DNA of 64,000 bases, taken from positions 896,001 to 960,000 of the forward strand of contig OY969767.1 in assembly GCA_963702895.1 (NCBI GenBank), read 5' to 3'. A model generated the notes under the pieces. It was not told the origin of the DNA. It saw only the letters and a list, made by a program, of their open reading frames with translations, and did no database searches. The stretch comes from an uncultured Elusimicrobia bacterium (lineage in GTDB: Bacteria > Elusimicrobiota > Elusimicrobia > 2-01-FULL-59-12). Below are positions 28,067 to 38,479 of this stretch, piece by piece. How positions within the stretch are numbered: position 1 is the stretch's first letter; each line of letters begins with the position of its first letter. The translations under genes were made by a program, and so were the position numbers.

Positions 28067-29629
28067 ATGACCGAGACCATCGACGTTCTCGCAACCCGTG
28101 CCACCGTCTGCCGTGCTCCCGTTGGCTTTGATAACCAGAAGTACCTTCGCGAGCAGACCGAAGCGATTCTTGAGCGCGTCGCCGCCTATCCCGACAAGCT
28201 CTATCTCGAGTTTGGAGGCAAACTCCTTTACGACTACCACGCGGCACGGGTGCTCCCGGGTTTTGACCCGAATGTGAAGATGCATCTCTTGCAAAACCTG
28301 AAGGACAAAGCGGACATCATCCTGTGCATTTATGCGGGAGATATCGAACGCAAGAAGGTCCGCGCCGACTTCGGCATCACCTACGATGTGGACGCTTTCA
28401 AGCAGATCGACGACATGCGGCGCTGGGGGATCGAGGTGACGGCCGTTGTCATCACCCGCTTCACCGGACAGCCCTCGGCGAAGGTGTTTAAAAACAAGCT
28501 CGAGAGAAGAAACATCCCCGTCTACACCCACTACCAGATTCCGGGGTATCCGGCGGACCTGGAGCTCGTGGTGAGCGAAGAGGGCTACGGCAAGAACGAT
28601 TATGTCGAGACCACCAAGCCCCTGGTCATCGTCACAGGGCCGGGCCCCGGGAGCGGGAAACTCTCGACGTGCCTTTCCCAGCTATATCACGATTACCGAC
28701 GGGGGTGTGTGTCGGGTTATTCGAAATTTGAGACGTTTCCGATCTGGAACTTGCCGCTCAAGCACCCGGTCAACGTCGCTTACGAAGCGGCGACGGCCGA
28801 TATCGCGGACTTCAACCTGATCGATCCGTTTCATCTGCAGACCTACGGCGAAACGACCGTCAACTACAACCGGGATGTGGAGATCTTCCCGATCTTGAAA
28901 CGTATCCTGGAAAGAATCACCGAAGCAAAATCCCCCTACCAATCGCCCACCGACATGGGGGTGAACCGCGCGGGGTTCGGTATTGTGGATGATGCGGCCG
29001 TGCAAGACGCGGCGCGGCAGGAGATTGTCCGGCGCTATTTCCGCATGGCCAGTGAATACGCCATGGGGCTTGTGGAAAAGAAGGCGGTGGAGCGCTGCTC
29101 CTGCATCATGGAAGAGTTTGGTTTAAAACCCGAGGACCGACCGGTTGTCGAACCCGCCCGCCGCGCCGCGGAAGAAGCGCGGCAGATTGGCCGGGGAAAC
29201 AACGGCATTTATTGCGGCGCGGCCATCCGGCTTCCGAATGGCACGGTCATTACGGGATCTAATTCCCCCACGATGCATGCCGCCTCAAGCCTGATCGTCA
29301 ACACCCTCAAACACCTGGCCGAGCTGCCTCGGCCCTTGCGGCTCCTGGCGCCTGCGGTGATGGATTCGATCAAAGAATTAAAGCAGGAGATCCTGCAGGG
29401 TGAAAACATCAGTCTCGATTTGGAGGAGACCTTGATTGCCTTGAGCATCAGCTCGGCCGCCAACCCGACGGCGCACCTGGCGATGAAGCAGTTGAAGGAA
29501 CTGCGGGGCTGTGAAGTCCACATGACGCACCTGCCCACACCGGGAGATGAGGCAGGACTCCGCCGGCTCGGCGTCAATCTGACGAGCGAACCGACGTTCT
29601 CGAGCAAGAACCTTTTCGAAAGCCGCTAA
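28067..29629 (+). CDS. DUF1846/UPF0371 family P-loop protein
   Basis: KLYLEFGGKL..D.HAARVLPG, GPGSGK, KFETFPIWN, SPTDMGVN. Confidence 0.88.
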   Translation: MTETIDVLATRATVCRAPVGFDNQKYLREQTEAILERVAAYPDKLYLEFGGKLLYDYHAARVLPGFDPNVKMHLLQNLKDKADIILCIYAGDIERKKVRADFGITYDVDAFKQIDDMRRWGIEVTAVVITRFTGQPSAKVFKNKLERRNIPVYTHYQIPGYPADLELVVSEEGYGKNDYVETTKPLVIVTGPGPGSGKLSTCLSQLYHDYRRGCVSGYSKFETFPIWNLPLKHPVNVAYEAATADIADFNLIDPFHLQTYGETTVNYNRDVEIFPILKRILERITEAKSPYQSPTDMGVNRAGFGIVDDAAVQDAARQEIVRRYFRMASEYAMGLVEKKAVERCSCIMEEFGLKPEDRPVVEPARRAAEEARQIGRGNNGIYCGAAIRLPNGTVITGSNSPTMHAASSLIVNTLKHLAELPRPLRLLAPAVMDSIKELKQEILQGENISLDLEETLIALSISSAANPTAHLAMKQLKELRGCEVHMTHLPTPGDEAGLRRLGVNLTSEPTFSSKNLFESR

Positions 29630-29632
29630 ACT

Positions 29633-29723
29633 GAAGTACCGGAGTCTCGGGGTAACGGAGTATCGGAGTAAAATAGGTTGCGCTCTTACTCCGGCACCCC
29701 GATACGCCGATCCTCCGATACCT
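29633..29723. repeat. GGAGTAYC-type octamer inverted-repeat array
   Basis: gaagtacc ggagtctc ggggtaac ggagtatc..ggcacccc gatacgcc gatcctcc; same family as the insert in miaB. Confidence 0.8.
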
Positions 29724-29730
29724 AAGTGAG

Positions 29731-30174
29731 CTACTGTGGGGCTGGGGCGCTTACCGCCGCCTTGACGGCGAATTCGACAGAAGACAAAATCGCTCCCGCC
29801 TCGTCTGTCACCTCCACTTTCCATGGCCCGGGCCATACATTCTTGCTGCTCCACGTTCGGGCCGCGGGGTAATTGATATCCAAGGCGACCTCTGCCTCTT
29901 TCTTGCCGTCCGCGTACCAGAGGTGCTTGATTTTAGAAGGCGGGTTCGAGGCCGTGACCTTGGTCCAGCAATACAGGCGTGTCATGGACGCGTCAAACTC
30001 CGCGGCGGCTCCGGAGAGCTCTCTGCTTTCGATCGCCGTGCCGACAGCGATCTTCTCCACTTGGAGTGTCTGAGCCTGAGCTTGGGCCTGTGCCTGAGGA
30101 GGGGCAGCTTCCTCGGCTCCTATGGCGATAGGGGCAAACAACAGTACAGCGAATGTAGCGATCAGTCTTTTCAT
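29731..30174 (-). CDS. DUF2914-like exported protein
   Basis: Signal peptide; LYCWT, H.WY..G, RTWSSK, G.W.VEV. Confidence 0.75.
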   Translation of the reverse strand: MKRLIATFAVLLFAPIAIGAEEAAPPQAQAQAQAQTLQVEKIAVGTAIESRELSGAAAEFDASMTRLYCWTKVTASNPPSKIKHLWYADGKKEAEVALDINYPAARTWSSKNVWPGPWKVEVTDEAGAILSSVEFAVKAAVSAPAPQ

Positions 30175-30314
30175 AGGTCCTCCTTGGGATTCATACGATG
30201 CTCTGGAGATAGTACCACGGTTCTCTACGAAACGGCCCCCCTATTTAAGGATTTTCAAGGGTCTGGGTAAAGCCATGCGGAGGGGGCAGGGCTGTTGGAG
30301 GTCAAAGCCTCTCC

Positions 30315-31475
30315 TTATCCGAAGTTCCAAAGCCACAACGAGAGAGCGTGAACGTTATAGCGGGAGGCGATATCGGCTGAATAAGAAAGGCTGACCAGGC
30401 GCTCGCCGAAGAATCGGAAGCGAAAGAGGCCGAGCTCCAAACCTGCGGTAGCGTGCTGCCGGACGGAAACCCCGGCATAGCGGCTGGGTTCACGATAGGT
30501 GCCAAGGCGCAATCGCAATCGATTCGGCAGGGGCTCGACTTCCAAGCCCGCGTGCAGGCTGAAGACGTCTTTCTGGCCCGCCTGTTGAACGGTCTGTTGA
30601 AGGAAGGAAGACAGTCCGATGGCATTGTGGCTGACTCCAAACCATCGCACGTCCGTGCTTAAGATCGTCCGCCGATAAGGCCAGACCGATGGGGCCCGCC
30701 ACTCGTAAGCGATGCCGAGGGAAGCGGACGGGGCGGTCGTGACTTCGGATGGAAGAATCAACCCTGCTGCGGTCGTCGGGGAGCTGCCCTGCACAACAAA
30801 CTCTTCTTCTTTTTTGATTCGCCCCTGGTAGGAAGCGCCGATCCGCAGGGGACCCCGTCTCGGGTGCCAAAGCACTCCCCAACAGAACCCGCTGCCGGAA
30901 AGATCTAAGAATCGTTCGCCGGAACCGCCGTCGGCGGTCCCCTTGAGGCTCACGGGCTGGACCCCCAGGCCTAGCGCTAATTCCCCTTCCTGGAACGAAT
31001 AGCCCACGGCGACTTCTCCCGTGATCGTTTCAAACCGATCGTTGCGGCCAGCGTTTTGATAGTCAAACTGTCCGGTGCGGACAATGAACCCGATGCCGAA
31101 GCGCTTTCTTTGGACCAGTGGCCCGATGTCGAACACCCTTTGCGCGTCATAGAGGTCATCGCCTTGACCGTCATTGAAGACATCATCACGGGAGACGGAA
31201 ACCTGTCCCAGAAGAAAATCGAAGTCCCAAGTCGATGTGCTGCGCACAGAGCGGTAGGCGGCGCTGGCCGGGTTTTCGTGCAGCGCCGCGACCCCTTCGG
31301 CCAGCGCCACATAGGCGCCGCCCATCGCGATCTTGCGTGCGGGTCCGGATACCGCTGTACGCGTCACGTCAACGCGAAAATCGTTGGACGTAATCGCCGT
31401 CCCGTCTTCAAGCCCTTGGCAGGGCGCGGCTATCAGCAGCCCTATCCCCGCTATCGCAAGAGCGCGTTGAAACAT
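30315..31475 (-). CDS. Outer-membrane beta-barrel (FadL-like)
   Basis: Signal peptide; AMGGAYVA..NPA motif; amphipathic strands. Confidence 0.6.
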   Translation of the reverse strand: MFQRALAIAGIGLLIAAPCQGLEDGTAITSNDFRVDVTRTAVSGPARKIAMGGAYVALAEGVAALHENPASAAYRSVRSTSTWDFDFLLGQVSVSRDDVFNDGQGDDLYDAQRVFDIGPLVQRKRFGIGFIVRTGQFDYQNAGRNDRFETITGEVAVGYSFQEGELALGLGVQPVSLKGTADGGSGERFLDLSGSGFCWGVLWHPRRGPLRIGASYQGRIKKEEEFVVQGSSPTTAAGLILPSEVTTAPSASLGIAYEWRAPSVWPYRRTILSTDVRWFGVSHNAIGLSSFLQQTVQQAGQKDVFSLHAGLEVEPLPNRLRLRLGTYREPSRYAGVSVRQHATAGLELGLFRFRFFGERLVSLSYSADIASRYNVHALSLWLWNFG

Positions 31476-31506
31476 GGTCTGCTTCCTGGAACCCTTTCGT
31501 GCCTCA

Positions 31507-32469
31507 TTAATAGCGGTAGCTCAGCATGGCGCGCATGAAAGGTTGATTATCGAGCGATTGGTACGGCTTGTCGGTGTCGTAGACGGAGCGCGCTTCGAGC
31601 CAGCGGCGATCGAAAGCCCAACCGCCACCCACCTCTCCCTCCAGACGCTTCCCCAAGAAAAATCGCAGGCCGCCTGAAAAAGCCTTGGCATCATAGATCA
31701 GGCGATTGCGGTTGTTGTCGCGGTTCGCGCGCTGCCAGAGGCGCGGGTTTCGCTCATAGCCGGCATAGGCCTTGAGCCAAGGAGCAAGGCGCCTCTGGAA
31801 GCGAACCCGCGACTCCACGATACCCACCCACATCACGTCGATGTCCCAGGCCTCATCAGGATGATAGCTCAGCAAGACGAGCGGAAATCCCACGGTGCCC
31901 CGCCACTTTTTGTTGAAGGAGGTCCAGGAATAGGCCACACCGGGAAGCGGGACATGGTTGAGGAAGGATCGGTTGTTGGAGTATTGAAAAAGAAATTGCC
32001 AGGCGCTGCGCTCACCAGAGGGTTTGGAGTAGATGCCGGTGAACTCGAAGGTGGTCTCCGCGAGGCTGTTGAAGAGGTGATCGCTGGCGCTGCCCGCTTT
32101 GAGCTTGGTTCCCCAGAAAGCCATCGGCCCCTGGAAGCGTGTATAGGACAGCGATCCGTTGAGCTCACCGAGGTTTTCCGTGACGGCCCAGTCCCGCTCC
32201 GGAAGGACGAGGGTCTCGTCGATCCGGAAGCCCCCCCCGCCGAGCTCGGCCCCCCACTGCCTTTCACGGTTTCTGGAAAGGACCCGTGTGGCCGAGATCT
32301 GTTGATCCACTTGGGTCGGCGAGCGCTCCCCGGCAGGGGACACGACTCCTTGATAGCGGACTTCATCATGGGTCACGAAAAACGATTCCGCACGCGCCCC
32401 AGCGAATGAACTCACCAGCAGGCCTGCCACGAGAACAGGACGTCTCGAACGTCGGATCAAGGTTCCCAT
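31507..32469 (-). CDS. Putative outer-membrane beta-barrel protein
   Basis: Signal-like N-terminus, aromatic beta-strands, terminal YRY; start inferred. Confidence 0.55.
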   Translation of the reverse strand: MGTLIRRSRRPVLVAGLLVSSFAGARAESFFVTHDEVRYQGVVSPAGERSPTQVDQQISATRVLSRNRERQWGAELGGGGFRIDETLVLPERDWAVTENLGELNGSLSYTRFQGPMAFWGTKLKAGSASDHLFNSLAETTFEFTGIYSKPSGERSAWQFLFQYSNNRSFLNHVPLPGVAYSWTSFNKKWRGTVGFPLVLLSYHPDEAWDIDVMWVGIVESRVRFQRRLAPWLKAYAGYERNPRLWQRANRDNNRNRLIYDAKAFSGGLRFFLGKRLEGEVGGGWAFDRRWLEARSVYDTDKPYQSLDNQPFMRAMLSYRY

Positions 32470-32585
32470 ACGATGTCCATCCAAGATACCTTGAGTGGTC
32501 ACTCGAATGCAAGACCGGCTATGGAACATTGTAGAATGCAGCTCAGACGCCATTCGTTCAACATGAACTTCAAACGAGGAGACTT

Positions 32586-32972
32586 ATGAAAATAGAACGG
32601 TTAGTGATGCTTCTGGCGGTTTTGTGTGGTGCCATGCTTACCTCTGTGCCCGCTTCGGCGGCCAAAAAGCAGTCTTTCGATCTCTACAGTTGGGCTATCG
32701 AAGGCAATACCAATTTTTGTTATGCGATATTGCCGTCCTCTAAAGAGCCCCGCACCGTCGGTGACATTAAGAATGCCAAAGACCAGGTCTGCGGCGGGCG
32801 CGATGACCTCAAGCGCATCATGGGGCAGTCGGTCCCGAGGGACTCGAAGATCTACTGGAAAGTCGACGAACCCAATGGCTTTGTGCTCCCTGAACGCGCG
32901 ATTGTCAATGATCTTAAGCGGTTCGTCGTAACCATTCCTTATAAGCTGATCGTTCCAGGGCCGAAAAAGTAG
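32586..32972 (+). CDS. Exported hypothetical protein, paralog of 43328-43723
   Basis: Signal peptide; F.LYSW and .YW..G..LP..D..RF shared with 43328-43723. Confidence 0.7.
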   Translation: MKIERLVMLLAVLCGAMLTSVPASAAKKQSFDLYSWAIEGNTNFCYAILPSSKEPRTVGDIKNAKDQVCGGRDDLKRIMGQSVPRDSKIYWKVDEPNGFVLPERAIVNDLKRFVVTIPYKLIVPGPKK

Positions 32973-33157
32973 TGCGATAACCTCGTAAGTTCGAAGATCA
33001 CTTATTCCGCGAACGTTCTCAGCGGGGCAGGTGGTAATTGCTCCAATCTTCAAGACAGAGGCGGTCGAACCCTCCTCCCATGGACTCATGCTATTTCCAA
33101 CGCCTGCGCGCTCAGGGCAGCCTCGAGCCGCTCATGCGTTGAAAGGAGAATACACGA

Positions 33158-34945
33158 ATGAACGCTGCACGGATGAAGAAAGCCATTGCTTACGCTCGAG
33201 GATTTCGTCTTTTCGAAGGTTTTGTACTTGCCCCTTTGATGGGTTTGACGGGACAACTCCTGGCGGGGCGCACGGTTCTGGACTCCACCGCGATCGTCAG
33301 TTTTCTCCTGTCCCCGAAGGGCTTCGGCGCGCTTCTGTTGATCAGTGTCGGCCTGGTGTTGATTCGGATGATGGAACAAGCCGGCCTTTCCATTTTGACG
33401 GCAGAAAAGTTTGGTGCTACGCCGCTGTCCCCCGTGGCCGTCCTGCACTTCGTCGTCAAGCGCATGGCCACGCTCGTCCGAGCCGCCTTTCGGGGCGTGG
33501 GACTCGTCCTGGCGATGCTCGCGCCCTTCTTGATCCTCTCGGGGTTTGTGGCGCGTCATTTGCTCTCCCGCCACGACATCAATTTTTATTTAGCGGAACG
33601 CCCGTCAAATTTCCTCTTCTGGGGGGTCCTCCTGATCTTGCTTGCAGCGGTGACGGCCGCGGTGATCCTTTGGAATGTGGTCCGGTGGAGATGGGTCGTG
33701 CAGACGATCTTGTTCGAAGATCAAACGGGTCGATCCGCGTTTCGCCGCAGCGCGGAGTTGGTGAAGGGCATCGCGCTCAAGGTCGCGCTGCAATGGAGCG
33801 CCATTGGGCTCTTGTATGGGGTCTTGGGACTCTTCGCGGCCTGGATAGGACGGTTGATTCTTCCCTTCGGCGTCACCCTCTTCGGGAAATCGATGACATC
33901 CTTGGGCGTTCTTCTGGGATGTCTGCTCGTTCTCCAGGCGATCCTCGGGGCATTGATCTTGGTCGCGGCCCCGATCGTCGAGGCAGACGTCTTCACCCGT
34001 CTTTATTTCAAACGGTCTGGGCAAAGCGTGGCAGGATGGCCGAGTGTGTCTTCAACGCCAGCGGGTCCCGGGAGCTTGTTGCCCGCATGGCTGAAGCTTG
34101 TTTTGTTCGTGGTCCTGATTAGTCTGGGTGCTGTGGCCGGTGGTCTTTGGGGGACCCAGGCCTTGTCGCTTGAGAGACCCGTGAAAATTATCGCGCACCG
34201 GGCCGCTGTGAAGGATGTGCCAGAGAATTCTCTGCCCTCCATCGAACAGGCCATCCGGGATGGGGCCGATGTCGCCGAAATCGATGTGCAGCTCTCCCGC
34301 GACGGGGTCGTGGTGGTGTCTCATGATAGGGATTTTTCGCGCGTGGCCGGTGTGGCCAAAAATGTATCGGATCTCTCCTGGAATGAAATTCAGAACATCG
34401 ATATCGGAGCCGGTGTTGGGCCGGTCTTCAGCGGGGCGCGGGTGCCGCGGTTGGAGCAGGTCCTCCAGTCTGCCCGGGGGCGCATTCCTCTCCTGATTGA
34501 ACTGAAACATTACGGCGGGGTGGACGGAAAGCTGGAGGCCAAGGTTGTGGATCTCATCCACCGTTACAGCAGCACGGGCCAAATCGAATTGCAATCCCTC
34601 GAGTATGAGGCGCTCCAGGCGGCGCGGCGCCTTGAGCCCGCCCTTCCCATCGGCTACCTGATGTCAGTGAACGCCCGAAAGCCCGCGCGGCTCGAGGTCG
34701 ATTTCTTAAGTGTCGAAGCGGCCCGCGCCGACGCACGATTCCTGCGTCAGGCCCGCCGCGCGAGGCAAAAGGTTTATGTGTGGACCGTCGATAAAGTTGG
34801 GGACATGGAACAGATGATGGATCTCGGGGTGGACGGCCTGATCACCAATCAGTCGCAGGCGGCCTCAGCGCTCGTACGTGAGCGTCGCGCTCTTTCGCCC
34901 GATGAAAAGGCACTCCGGCGTATCCGCGCGTGGCTCGCCCGATAA
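33158..34945 (+). CDS. Glycerophosphodiester phosphodiesterase with membrane domain
   Basis: Multi-TM N-half; IAHRA..PENS, EIDVQLSRDG..HD, IELK, WTVD, GVDGLITN. Confidence 0.9.
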   Translation: MNAARMKKAIAYARGFRLFEGFVLAPLMGLTGQLLAGRTVLDSTAIVSFLLSPKGFGALLLISVGLVLIRMMEQAGLSILTAEKFGATPLSPVAVLHFVVKRMATLVRAAFRGVGLVLAMLAPFLILSGFVARHLLSRHDINFYLAERPSNFLFWGVLLILLAAVTAAVILWNVVRWRWVVQTILFEDQTGRSAFRRSAELVKGIALKVALQWSAIGLLYGVLGLFAAWIGRLILPFGVTLFGKSMTSLGVLLGCLLVLQAILGALILVAAPIVEADVFTRLYFKRSGQSVAGWPSVSSTPAGPGSLLPAWLKLVLFVVLISLGAVAGGLWGTQALSLERPVKIIAHRAAVKDVPENSLPSIEQAIRDGADVAEIDVQLSRDGVVVVSHDRDFSRVAGVAKNVSDLSWNEIQNIDIGAGVGPVFSGARVPRLEQVLQSARGRIPLLIELKHYGGVDGKLEAKVVDLIHRYSSTGQIELQSLEYEALQAARRLEPALPIGYLMSVNARKPARLEVDFLSVEAARADARFLRQARRARQKVYVWTVDKVGDMEQMMDLGVDGLITNQSQAASALVRERRALSPDEKALRRIRAWLAR

Positions 34946-34984
34946 AGACCGTATGAATGTTGCCGAAATCAAAAAGGAGAAATC

Positions 34985-35488
34985 ATGAAAACGTTGACTG
35001 TCGTTGTCGCAGCTCTGTCGATACTGAGCGCGCCGCTCTGCGCGGGCATGGATTCCGAGCTCAAAGCTGAGCGCGCCGCGGCGCAGGCCCAGCAGAAGGC
35101 GCTCATCATGCAGGCGATGAGCTTGGATGAAGGAACCTCCAAAGTCTTCTGGCCCCTGTATGATGCCTACCAAGCCGAGAAGGCCAAAATCAATGATCAG
35201 ACGGCGACGTTGATTGAGGATTACGCGATGAACTACAAGACGATGACCGATCCTGTCGCGATGACCCTCGTCAACAAAATGGTCGACCTCCAGGTCCAGA
35301 AGGTCACTCTCAAAGCGGAGAGTGTGAAGAAATTCGCGAAAGTCCTTCCCGGCCGCGTGGTCGCGCGCTACTTCCAGGCCGACAACAAAATTGATGCGGC
35401 CCTGAGCGCGAGCATCGCCAATCAAATCCCCCTCGTTCCGACGGATCAGACGAAGGCCCTCGTTCCCACGAGCGCGCCTCAAAAATAG
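34985..35488 (+). CDS. Exported helical hypothetical protein
   Basis: AAGGAG RBS, signal peptide, FWPLYDAYQ motif. Confidence 0.7.
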   Translation: MKTLTVVVAALSILSAPLCAGMDSELKAERAAAQAQQKALIMQAMSLDEGTSKVFWPLYDAYQAEKAKINDQTATLIEDYAMNYKTMTDPVAMTLVNKMVDLQVQKVTLKAESVKKFAKVLPGRVVARYFQADNKIDAALSASIANQIPLVPTDQTKALVPTSAPQK

Positions 35489-35505
35489 ATTCATCGAAGT
35501 CAAAA

Positions 35506-35543
35506 CTCCCCCTCTCTCGACGTGAATGTCGAGAGAGGGGGAG
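35506..35543. terminator. Strong hairpin after 34985-35488
   Basis: ctccccctctctcgac..gtcgagagagggggag. Confidence 0.55.
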
Positions 35544-35586
35544 CCGTGAGGCGGCCTTACGTTTCAGCCCCGAAACTGCAGTTGTC

Positions 35587-35670
35587 GTCATCCCGGCATG
35601 CCGTCAGCCGGGATCCATCATATCTTTTACGTCGATGATGGACCCCGGATGACGGATCTCCGGGGTGACG
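35587..35670. repeat. REP-like inverted pair (GTCATCCCGGC..GCCGGGATCCA family)
   Basis: Related copies at 38017-38088, 38298-38412, 48572-48603 and 43122-43157. Confidence 0.8.
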
Positions 35671-35867
35671 TCAAATGCAGGTTTCGGGTTAGTGGTATCG
35701 AGCGCTGAAGAAAGGATTCGGGGCTCATTCACGCTCACAGAGACCGATCGATCCTTGTGCCAGCGGAAACCGAAGCTGATCGGCATGCACGGTGTGGAGT
35801 TCTTCGAAGTTTCGGTCGGGTGGTCACCTTTTTAGAAGCAACACGGTCGATGATGTCGAGAAGGGGC

Positions 35868-36941
35868 TTAATCTCGGGACTTGAGGACATAGGTGCGGTA
35901 GATGTCCAACAGGATCGGTAAAATCGCGAAGATGAGGGGGCCCAGCAAGAGACCTGCGATTCCGAACACTTGCAGGCCGCCCAAGAGGGCGAAGGTGAAC
36001 CAGAAAAAGGGCAGCTGGACTTTATTGCCGGCCAGCAGGGGCCGAAGGACATTGTCCAGAAAACTCGCGATCACACCGAAGACCAGGATCACGACTCCTT
36101 TCCCAGCGTGTGCCGTCAGGATATAAACGAGTCCGACGGGCAACCACACGAGACCAATCCCCACGGCAGGCACGAAGCTCGCAATCGCGGTGAGGCCGCA
36201 CAAGGCCACCACGGCCGGGGAGCCCACCGAGACATAGGCGATGGTCATGAACATCGCTTGTGCCAAACCAACGAGCAAAGTTCCACGGACCATTCCTTGG
36301 ACGATGTCTTCAAAGCGATTGTGCAGGCGCTTGACGAAGGAGTCGGGGAAAGGAAGGCAGGCGATCCACTGTTGATAGAGCATTTCGCCGTCCCGAAAAA
36401 TGAAGAACAGCGAAAACTGAAACAAAACCCAGTTGGCAACGAGGGTAAACAGGTCTTTGGCCAGGCCGGCCGCTCCCTCCGCGAACCCTCCGACCAGCTG
36501 GCTCGCCAAGGCCGTGATGCGCTCGTCGGGGTGATCGAGAACCCCTTGAAGGCGCTCCACCACGGAACTGGGAAGTCGGGCCATCCAAGCAGGGGGTTGG
36601 GTCTTCAGCTGGGAGAGATGCTGGCCCCAGCTTGCCAATTGGGCCTTCACGGAAGGCAGGACCGCCTGAAGTTCGGAGACGGCAGAGAACAGAACAACCG
36701 TCAGAGGCACCACGATAAAAAGCATCACGAGAAGGCTCGACAAGAACGCCTGAAGCGAAGGGCCGGCTTTTTTGAGCTTGCGACCGATCCACAGGTGCAT
36801 TGGGTAGCAGACTATCGCGGCCACAAGCGCTGAGAGCAGGGGTCCAAAGAAAGGCGCCAGAAGCCGCCCGGCCTGGTAGAGCAGAAAGACCAGGAACGCA
36901 AAGAAGACCATCTGCCCGAGATTTTCTTTAATGGATGTCAT
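35868..36941 (-). CDS. AI-2E family transporter
   Basis: Multi-TM; FFIFRDG, DNVLRP, GGLQVFG..GLLLGP. Confidence 0.9.
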   Translation of the reverse strand: MTSIKENLGQMVFFAFLVFLLYQAGRLLAPFFGPLLSALVAAIVCYPMHLWIGRKLKKAGPSLQAFLSSLLVMLFIVVPLTVVLFSAVSELQAVLPSVKAQLASWGQHLSQLKTQPPAWMARLPSSVVERLQGVLDHPDERITALASQLVGGFAEGAAGLAKDLFTLVANWVLFQFSLFFIFRDGEMLYQQWIACLPFPDSFVKRLHNRFEDIVQGMVRGTLLVGLAQAMFMTIAYVSVGSPAVVALCGLTAIASFVPAVGIGLVWLPVGLVYILTAHAGKGVVILVFGVIASFLDNVLRPLLAGNKVQLPFFWFTFALLGGLQVFGIAGLLLGPLIFAILPILLDIYRTYVLKSRD

Positions 36942-36965
36942 TTCGGAGCTCCTCTCTTTACGGGA

Positions 36966-37193
36966 TCAAGCGCGTTCCTTAATAGCGGACGCCAAGGAGG
37001 AAAGCGGCGGTGCTCTGTGCGCAGTTCCGCGCGCGTCGCCTCCGGAGAGAACGAGACCGATCCGAGGACGCCCCTTGGTAGGCGGACGCGTAGAGGATGG
37101 CTCGCCGCGGACAACGAGCGGACAGACAGCGATAAGCGCCAGCAGCAGAAACGGTTTTTGATATCGGCGGGCCAAGGCACGTGTCAACATCAT
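36966..37193 (-). pseudogene. N-terminal remnant of a patatin-like phospholipase
   Basis: Signal peptide then RPRIGLVLSGGDARGTAH (degenerate GGGARGxAH), ends after 75 aa. Confidence 0.65.
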
Positions 37194-37229
37194 TTCAGAA
37201 CCTCCCGTTGGAAAGTCAACCTTTCGAAG

Positions 37230-37898
37230 TTAAAGTCGAACAATAAGGCCCGCGGTGAATTCGAAAGGGTTCACCGCGCTTCCCGAAGTGGTGTAGGAAC
37301 AATTGAGGCCGCTCCCGCCTCCGGTGCAGAACGTTTGGGAATCGGAGCTGATGACCGTCGGCATCCATCTCGCGTCGACGCGAAGCCCGAAGCGCTTATG
37401 GAAATAGTATTTCGCTCCCAGTCCCAAACTGGCGCCGAAACGGTTCTCCCCGCTGTAATCCCCTCCTGGCTGGTAGTGTGTCATCCCCAAACCGGCCAGC
37501 ACAAAAGGCCGCAGGGACTGCTGATCTTCCTCGTCCTGCTCCGTAAAATAGTAAAGGCCGTCAAAGCGGAATTGATCTATTTTGAGGCTGGTCAAACGCT
37601 CCGCAGTGCCCCCCGGCAACTCCCCATACAAAGCGCTTTCCTGGCGGCTCCAGAGGATTTCGATGGAACCATCCTCCTGGATCTCATAACCCAGGATGAG
37701 TCCGTAAGATCCACCGTCCTGGATGTTGAGGCGGTCGTAGGAGGAGGACTCGGTCAGCGCGATGTGCGCTCCGGTCTGATAACCACCGAAGGGGGTGAGT
37801 TCCCAGTCGCTCGCCCAGGCGCCTTCCAAGAGAAACAATCCGAGAGCAAGCACGATTGCGACAAACACGATGCGTCGGTAGGGTCGAAACAGTTTCAT
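37230..37898 (-). CDS. Small outer-membrane beta-barrel protein
   Basis: Signal peptide; ELTPFGGY, RPFVLAGLG, terminal AGLIVRL. Confidence 0.75.
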   Translation of the reverse strand: MKLFRPYRRIVFVAIVLALGLFLLEGAWASDWELTPFGGYQTGAHIALTESSSYDRLNIQDGGSYGLILGYEIQEDGSIEILWSRQESALYGELPGGTAERLTSLKIDQFRFDGLYYFTEQDEEDQQSLRPFVLAGLGMTHYQPGGDYSGENRFGASLGLGAKYYFHKRFGLRVDARWMPTVISSDSQTFCTGGGSGLNCSYTTSGSAVNPFEFTAGLIVRL

Positions 37899-38016
37899 AA
37901 TCACCTCTGGAAGAACGATCGCGAAAATATTTCCGATTGGCCGCGTCAGATCATCTAACCAAAAAAGCTCAGTTGAACGTGGCTTATCGACTGAGACTTC
38001 GGGACTTTTTCGTGCC

Positions 38017-38088
38017 GTCATCCCGGCGAAAGCCGGGATCCATCATTTCCGTCGAAACATGATAGGCCCCGGTTTTCACCGGGGTGAC
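38017..38088. repeat. REP-like inverted pair
   Basis: gtcatcccggcgaaagccgggatcca..ccccggttttcaccggggtgac. Confidence 0.8.
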
Positions 38089-38297
38089 GTCAACAGAAGA
38101 TTCCTCGCTAACCTGACGAGCCATTATATAGATTGCCTTCGATTGCAACAAACGATCATGTTGGCTGAGGATGCTGTCTTGCAAGTGCGTGGCCGTTCAA
38201 GTAACATCTCGATAAGTCGCCGCGCAAGCGGCACGTCAGTTTTTTGAACCTTAGTGAGGCGTAAACTAATACCTCGCTCATTTCGGGTCTCTAAAAC

Positions 38298-38412
38298 GTC
38301 ATTCCGGCGAAAGCCGGAATCCATCATATTGTCGACGATAGACCCCGGGTCTCCAGAAGTCGGGCGACCCGGCCCGCCTGATGTGTGGAGGGCCGGCTTC
38401 CGCCGGGGTGAC
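38298..38412. repeat. REP-like inverted pair with a 48-bp double-hairpin insert
   Basis: gtcattccggcgaaagccggaatcca..gaccccgg[38349-38396]cttccgccggggtgac. Confidence 0.78.
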
Positions 38413-38479
38413 GTCCCAAAATGAGCAAACTGTTTATTCATAGCAGAGAGGTATCTATTGACTTCAGGAGGAATCAAAC

